From Amoebidium appalachense (Eukaryota; Protista; Ichthyosporea): DNA of 64,000 bases. Below the pieces are notes generated by a model. It ran no database searches. It worked only from the letters and a program-made list of their open reading frames with translations, and was not told the DNA's origin. The translations under genes and the position numbers were made by a program. Position 1 is the stretch's first letter; each line of letters opens with the position of its first letter. The DNA lies in contig CAVNZM010000016.1 of assembly GCA_963693365.1 (NCBI GenBank), positions 1,743,538 through 1,807,537 of the forward strand, written 5' to 3'. This document shows positions 51,755-64,000 of this stretch, one piece after another.

Positions 51755-53923
51755 ATAGCATTTACGGGTTATTTTCAGTGCATTTTTATTTTTCAGCAAT
51801 ACTAAAACAGGGCAACCTGTGGAAGCTTTGTTTTAGCTTCACTGTGACAGTCACAACTGCTTGCCAACGGTTTGCCTGCATCACTGTAATTAGTAACAGT
51901 TGGAGTATCGATATCCACCCAGGTTGAATGGCATTATTACCCGCATAGTATAATGTGACTAAAAGAATGTTGTTGATTGTGGGACCTGTCGGAAATCACG
52001 CCGGTCTCGAGTTGTGAAAAGGCTTAGGGTTTGGGTATAGTATAACCGTAACAGAGCACCAAGGACTCAGCTTCGACTCGTAAAGGTATTTTAAACACTG
52101 TGACTAGAGTCGATGCATTTTGATTTTTTTCTTTTGACAAGCAGAGTTATCCTCCAATATCTGTCAAGCCGCGCCATTCTGTATTCGGGATAATCTGTGC
52201 TGAACTGAGGTTTAATCTGCCTAGGCCTAACTCGCCTTACCCACCGTTCAAAGTGGCAGTGATCGAATGTGAACTTCGGTTTGATGCTTGCTGCCGTGAG
52301 AGAGCCTCGTGTGTACGTACACATTTGTGTGTGCGCACCCGTGTTCGTGTTTGTCTTTTGTAGGTGTGTTGGTGGTTGAGTATGTTGATAGAGGCGGGGG
52401 TCTTCTGCCAATACAATTGGTTAGGGGGATTAGGGGAATGAGAAGGGAAGGAGGGGGGGGGGGGGGAGGAGGGAGGAGGAGAAATAGGAAGAGGTGGGGC
52501 ATGGGTTGAGGCGAGAGGAGAGAGGGGTGGGGCGGGGGTGGAGTGGGGGGAGGGGGGGGGGGGGGGGGGGGGGGGTGGGTGGGTGGGGGGTGGGGGGAGG
52601 GGAGGAGGGGGGAGGGGGAGGCTGGGGGAGGAGGGGGGCAAAACAGTTTCAGAGGGGTGGGAGGTGGGGGATGGAGGGGGGGGGGGGGGGGAGGGGGGGG
52701 GGGAGGGTCAAAAAAGTATGGGAGGAGGTGAGGGGAGAAGGGGCCGGAGGGGGGGGGGGGGGGGGGGGGGGGAAGGTGGCTAGGTGATCGATCGTGTGAT
52801 TCCTAGGATGAATTGTGATATCTAACTGCCATATGGTTAGGAACGCACCATCCAGATCTAGGGATTACGTAGTCAACCCGGATGCCATCCTGGATGGCTG
52901 GTGACGAGATCACGGCGGAGTATATAAACCCGCACATGTAACATAATAAAATTGGGAGCCTAACGATAATTGACTGTTGCAACAGACTCTCCGAGCACTG
53001 TGTGGACACTTGTGTGATACTTCGAAGGGATTTTACCGAAAATTTTGACCTAAAGTTTTTCAAAAGTTTTTTCATGTTTTTTCGTGATCGCTTGAGCAGA
53101 TCAAACTGTTTTGCTGGTATCTCAGTGTACGTGTGCAGGGGGAATAACAACACACTAACTGTGAAAACGTGGTGCATTTTGGTTGAACGGTTCCCAAGTT
53201 ATTACATTTTTAACTTTTTGAAACGACGTCGTGCATAACGTTATGCTCAAACCTGCATAACGTTATACAATTTTACTTAGTAAATGTAAATTTGCCTCAA
53301 AAAAATTCTTTAAGTGCCTTTTAGGTGATAGTGCATGCAACCCGATTAAGTACACACTTAGTAGATAGTATATTGCACCCATATAGAGACTGATCACCTC
53401 TGTGTGTGTGTGTGCAATGACTATACACTCTACTTACAATGTGTTAGTGCAGACTCTGCTACAAGGCACTTTAACGAATTTTTTGAGGCAAATTTACATT
53501 TACTAAGTAAAATTGTATAACGTTATGCAGGTTTGAGCATAACGTTATGCACGTTTCAAAAGATTAAAAATGTAGTAACCTGGGAACCGTTCAACCAAAA
53601 TGCACCACGTTTTCACAGTTAGTGTGTTGTTAACCCCCTCCCCTGCACGTACACCGGGATACCAGCAAAACAGTTTGATCTGCTCAAGCGATCACGAAAA
53701 AACATGAAAAAACTTTTGAAAAAAGTTAGGTCAATTTTTTCGGTAAAATCCCTTCTACGTGTGAGAAGGTAGTTTTCTCTCATGGCCCACAATAATCATG
53801 TGGCCACCCATGCTCATATTTATCATAATCAGTGAGCTGAGCTCCCTGTGTGCCTACCCTAGTCTGTGATGTCCATTCAAACCTGCAGATTTTCTGTATC
53901 CGGCACCATGCGGCTCCAACATC

Positions 53924-53954
<31 letters not shown>

Positions 53955-54124
53955 AATAAAATAAAAAATTTAAACAACGGTTACCCTTACCACTCCTTTT
54001 CTACTTACAAGTTTCGGTCGTTTTCCTTGTTGGGCATGGACTGAAATTCTAACAATCAGTTATTACTGAGTGAGTTGCCAATTGCAACCTGAAAAATCCG
54101 GATTATTCCTATTGTCACTGGCAG

Positions 54125-54157
<33 letters not shown>

Positions 54158-54928
54158 TCCCTCTCTCTCATTCCCTCCCTCCCTCCCTCCCTCCCTCCCT
54201 CCCTACTCTTTGGCCGGTGCCCGGAGAATCCCGAGTCCTTCAAAGTTGAAGATCCTTCCACTCCGATCCTTTATGAAACGTCTCCTTCCCCTTCGATGTT
54301 TCTTTTATGAAATTTGCTGCACTGGTCTAGACACTGTCCGGCTAGTGCTCCATTGACCTATAGGTAGCTTGAACCAGAAACTTCACAAATGTGGTCGAAA
54401 AGAGACGTGTACACACCTTTATGCCGTACCGTGACTTTACACGCACGTGCTGCATATATGCTGTACTGTAACTAGCATTTACGGGTGAGCGTATGCAAAT
54501 TTTATTTTCAGCAAGCTGTTTGAAAGGAGGGGCAACCAGGCCGTGCTCGTGCGCCAGGGCTACACAATGATGCGCAGCGAATGGCAGGCTGCATGCATCA
54601 TGCAAACATAGATTGAGTGGTTGCCCAGTTTGGAAGCAAATATTACCCATATTATTTTTTGACAGAGAGAATGTTGTTGATTGTGGGACTGGACGGAAAA
54701 ACACGCTGCAGATATCGACTTTTAAAAAAAATTGATGGTTGTGAATTGGCTGAGGGTTTATGCACGTGGTTAGTTGAGTGGGTACCACAACAAAGCGCTA
54801 GCGGCTAAGCATCAAGGACTCAGCTGGCCGACTCTTTATAAAGATGTTGTTAGCTGGACAACAGAAGTCACATGAGAATTTCCGTTTTTTTCTTTCCAAA
54901 CTGAGTTATCCGTCAAGTCTGTGAAGCA

Positions 54929-54930
<2 letters not shown>
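51755..54930 (+). repeat. Two diverged copies of a ~450-bp dispersed repeat (~51755-52170 and ~54473-54930)
   Basis: Colinear shared blocks tagcatttacgggt, ttttcagcaa, gggcaacc, gaatgttgttgattgtgggac, aaggactcagct and gagttatcc. Confidence 0.6.
53024..53755. mobile_element. Foldback/MITE-like element with ~300-bp imperfect inverted arms
   Basis: 53024-~53320 is the reverse complement of ~53463-53755 (gaagggattttaccgaaaa / ttttcggtaaaatcccttc), with a ~140-bp centre. No TSD identified. Confidence 0.85.
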
Positions 54931-54977
<47 letters not shown>

Positions 54978-55971
54978 TTCGAATTTTGTTTTAAAAAAAA
55001 AAAATCTAGTTATTTATGTCACTCACTCCCCACCTATTGTTGAACGGGTTGGGGCTAAAACGGAAGAGATATTCTGAGCTGATCAGCAGAATTTTCTGTC
55101 TATCTCGCCAAGCCCACTGCCCAGAACAAGGGCACTGATGCACGTGATCTTCGGTAGTGACATGGGTGTGTGTACAGTATGTATGCCCAATTCGTGTGTG
55201 TTTTTGTGGCCCCCCTCCGCAGAGGGGGAGGGGGGTGGGACTCCGGGGATGAGGGGGCAAAACAATATAAAAGGAGTGAAGGGGGAGGGGGGGGGGGAGG
55301 GGGGGGGGGGGGGGGGGAGCATGGTTGCACGTGTGGTTTCATGGGCCAAATGTTGGATTTTATTTGCAAATATATTTGAAAGGCACCGTCAACACAAAGC
55401 CTACAGAACAGTACGACAGTATTGAAGCGTGCATGCCACAGGATACTAGAGCCCGTGCGAGTGCAGTCTTTACTGATGAAATATGTCATGTTAACGAGAA
55501 ACAAGGCAAAAACATTACTAATAGATAAATCCTTAGTAATCCTTGGTGATATGTCAAAATTAAACGAGAAAGAATGTTAGCATGTATGAAAGTGACCGTA
55601 AAAGTCAAAGAGTGCCACATTTGACTTTTTTTTTTGTTTTTTGATACAAAGAAACCACATCCACGTCCATAGTAAATCACATTTCCGAAACTCTCTATCA
55701 CTGTGCACATGTTTATGCAACATACTATTCCACGCCGAACCGCTATTCTCGAAAAGTGTGTGTCAATATCTGAAACCGCGAGCACATACCGAACAAGGAA
55801 AACATAACAATTACATGAATCCCCCAACCCGACTGAACAGAACCCGAACAAAACAAAACAAAACAAAACAAAAGAAAAACAAAAAAGAAAAAGGAAGAAA
55901 GAAAGAAAGAAAAAACACTAATATTACAAATTCCCGCACCAATCCTACCCGAGGAACATGCACAATCACTA

Positions 55972-56002
<31 letters not shown>

Positions 56003-56055
56003 CAATAAAAGTACTGTGCGCACGTGCTAGCAGGTACCGTTTGCACTTTGCGTAT

Positions 56056-63171
<7,116 letters not shown>

Positions 63172-63578
63172 GGCAGCGGACTTGTGGGAAAGAGAGGGGG
63201 AGGGAGGGGAGAGGGGCAGGGGGGAGGGGAGAGGAGGAGGGGGGAGGGGAAGAGGAGGGAAGGGCCGGAGGGGGGGGGGGGGGGGGGGGGAGGGCAGGGG
63301 AGGGAGGAAGGAGGGAAGCGGGCAAGGTTGGAATGAGTTACAGAGTATAAGGTACACATCTGCGACGGACAGCACGGGGGTGGGAGGGAGGGGAGGGTGG
63401 GCTTGAGTATGCAAAACTGGGTACGAACGAATCATTCATGAGGACAACACGATGATGATTTTGCAGAACACACACATTGTGAATCATAAGTAGAGCCCAT
63501 TGCCCGGAAAGGGGGGGGAACGGGGCAAGTCATCCACAGTGGCCAAGTTTGGAAAAGTCGGTGTGTGTGGGTGTGTGT

Positions 63579-63634
<56 letters not shown>

Positions 63635-63866
63635 TAAAATGTGCCACAGAGGATGAAGCACACACAGAAGTTGCAGAGCACACATAAAGAGTATGTGTCA
63701 TAAGTAGCAGATTCCGGGGGCGGGGTGGGGTGGGGGGGGGGGGGGGGGGGGGGGGGGGAGTTGAAGTCATCCACCGTACCCGACTTCCCATTCAGGGGGG
63801 CAGGGGTAGGGGAAACAAATGGGTGCGCGCGCGCGCGCGCGAGTGTGTGTGTGTGTGTGTGTCTGT

Positions 63867-63948
<82 letters not shown>

Positions 63949-64000
63949 GTGTGCATGTATATGTGTGTGTGTATCTGTGGCTTGTGTCGTGCAATAAACC

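Overview
Eukaryotic nuclear DNA with spliceosomal introns, abundant microsatellites and long G/C homopolymers. The PKD-type kinase suggests a holozoan or other opisthokont, but that is inference only. Bases 1-47.7 kb are a nested retroelement cluster. It holds a 5'-truncated APE-RT non-LTR element (minus) and a decayed Ty1/Copia element with extra sibling LTRs (minus). Two near-identical Ngaro-type tyrosine-recombinase retrotransposons lie in divergent orientation. A second Copia element (plus) carries an antisense TRIM flanked by a 290-bp duplication and a chromodomain Ty3/Gypsy element with 612-bp LTRs and a GAGAG TSD. Short satellites (~145, ~183, ~427 bp units) and MITE-like inverted repeats lie between these. 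The right end holds a 7-exon protein kinase D-like gene (minus, 56056-63171). The most unusual signal is in the non-LTR element: its poly(A)-proximal 3' UTR is complementary to a segment at the start of ORF2, exactly where the reading frame shifts by -1. Several homopolymer-rich stretches look like assembly damage, so single-base frameshift calls near them need caution.
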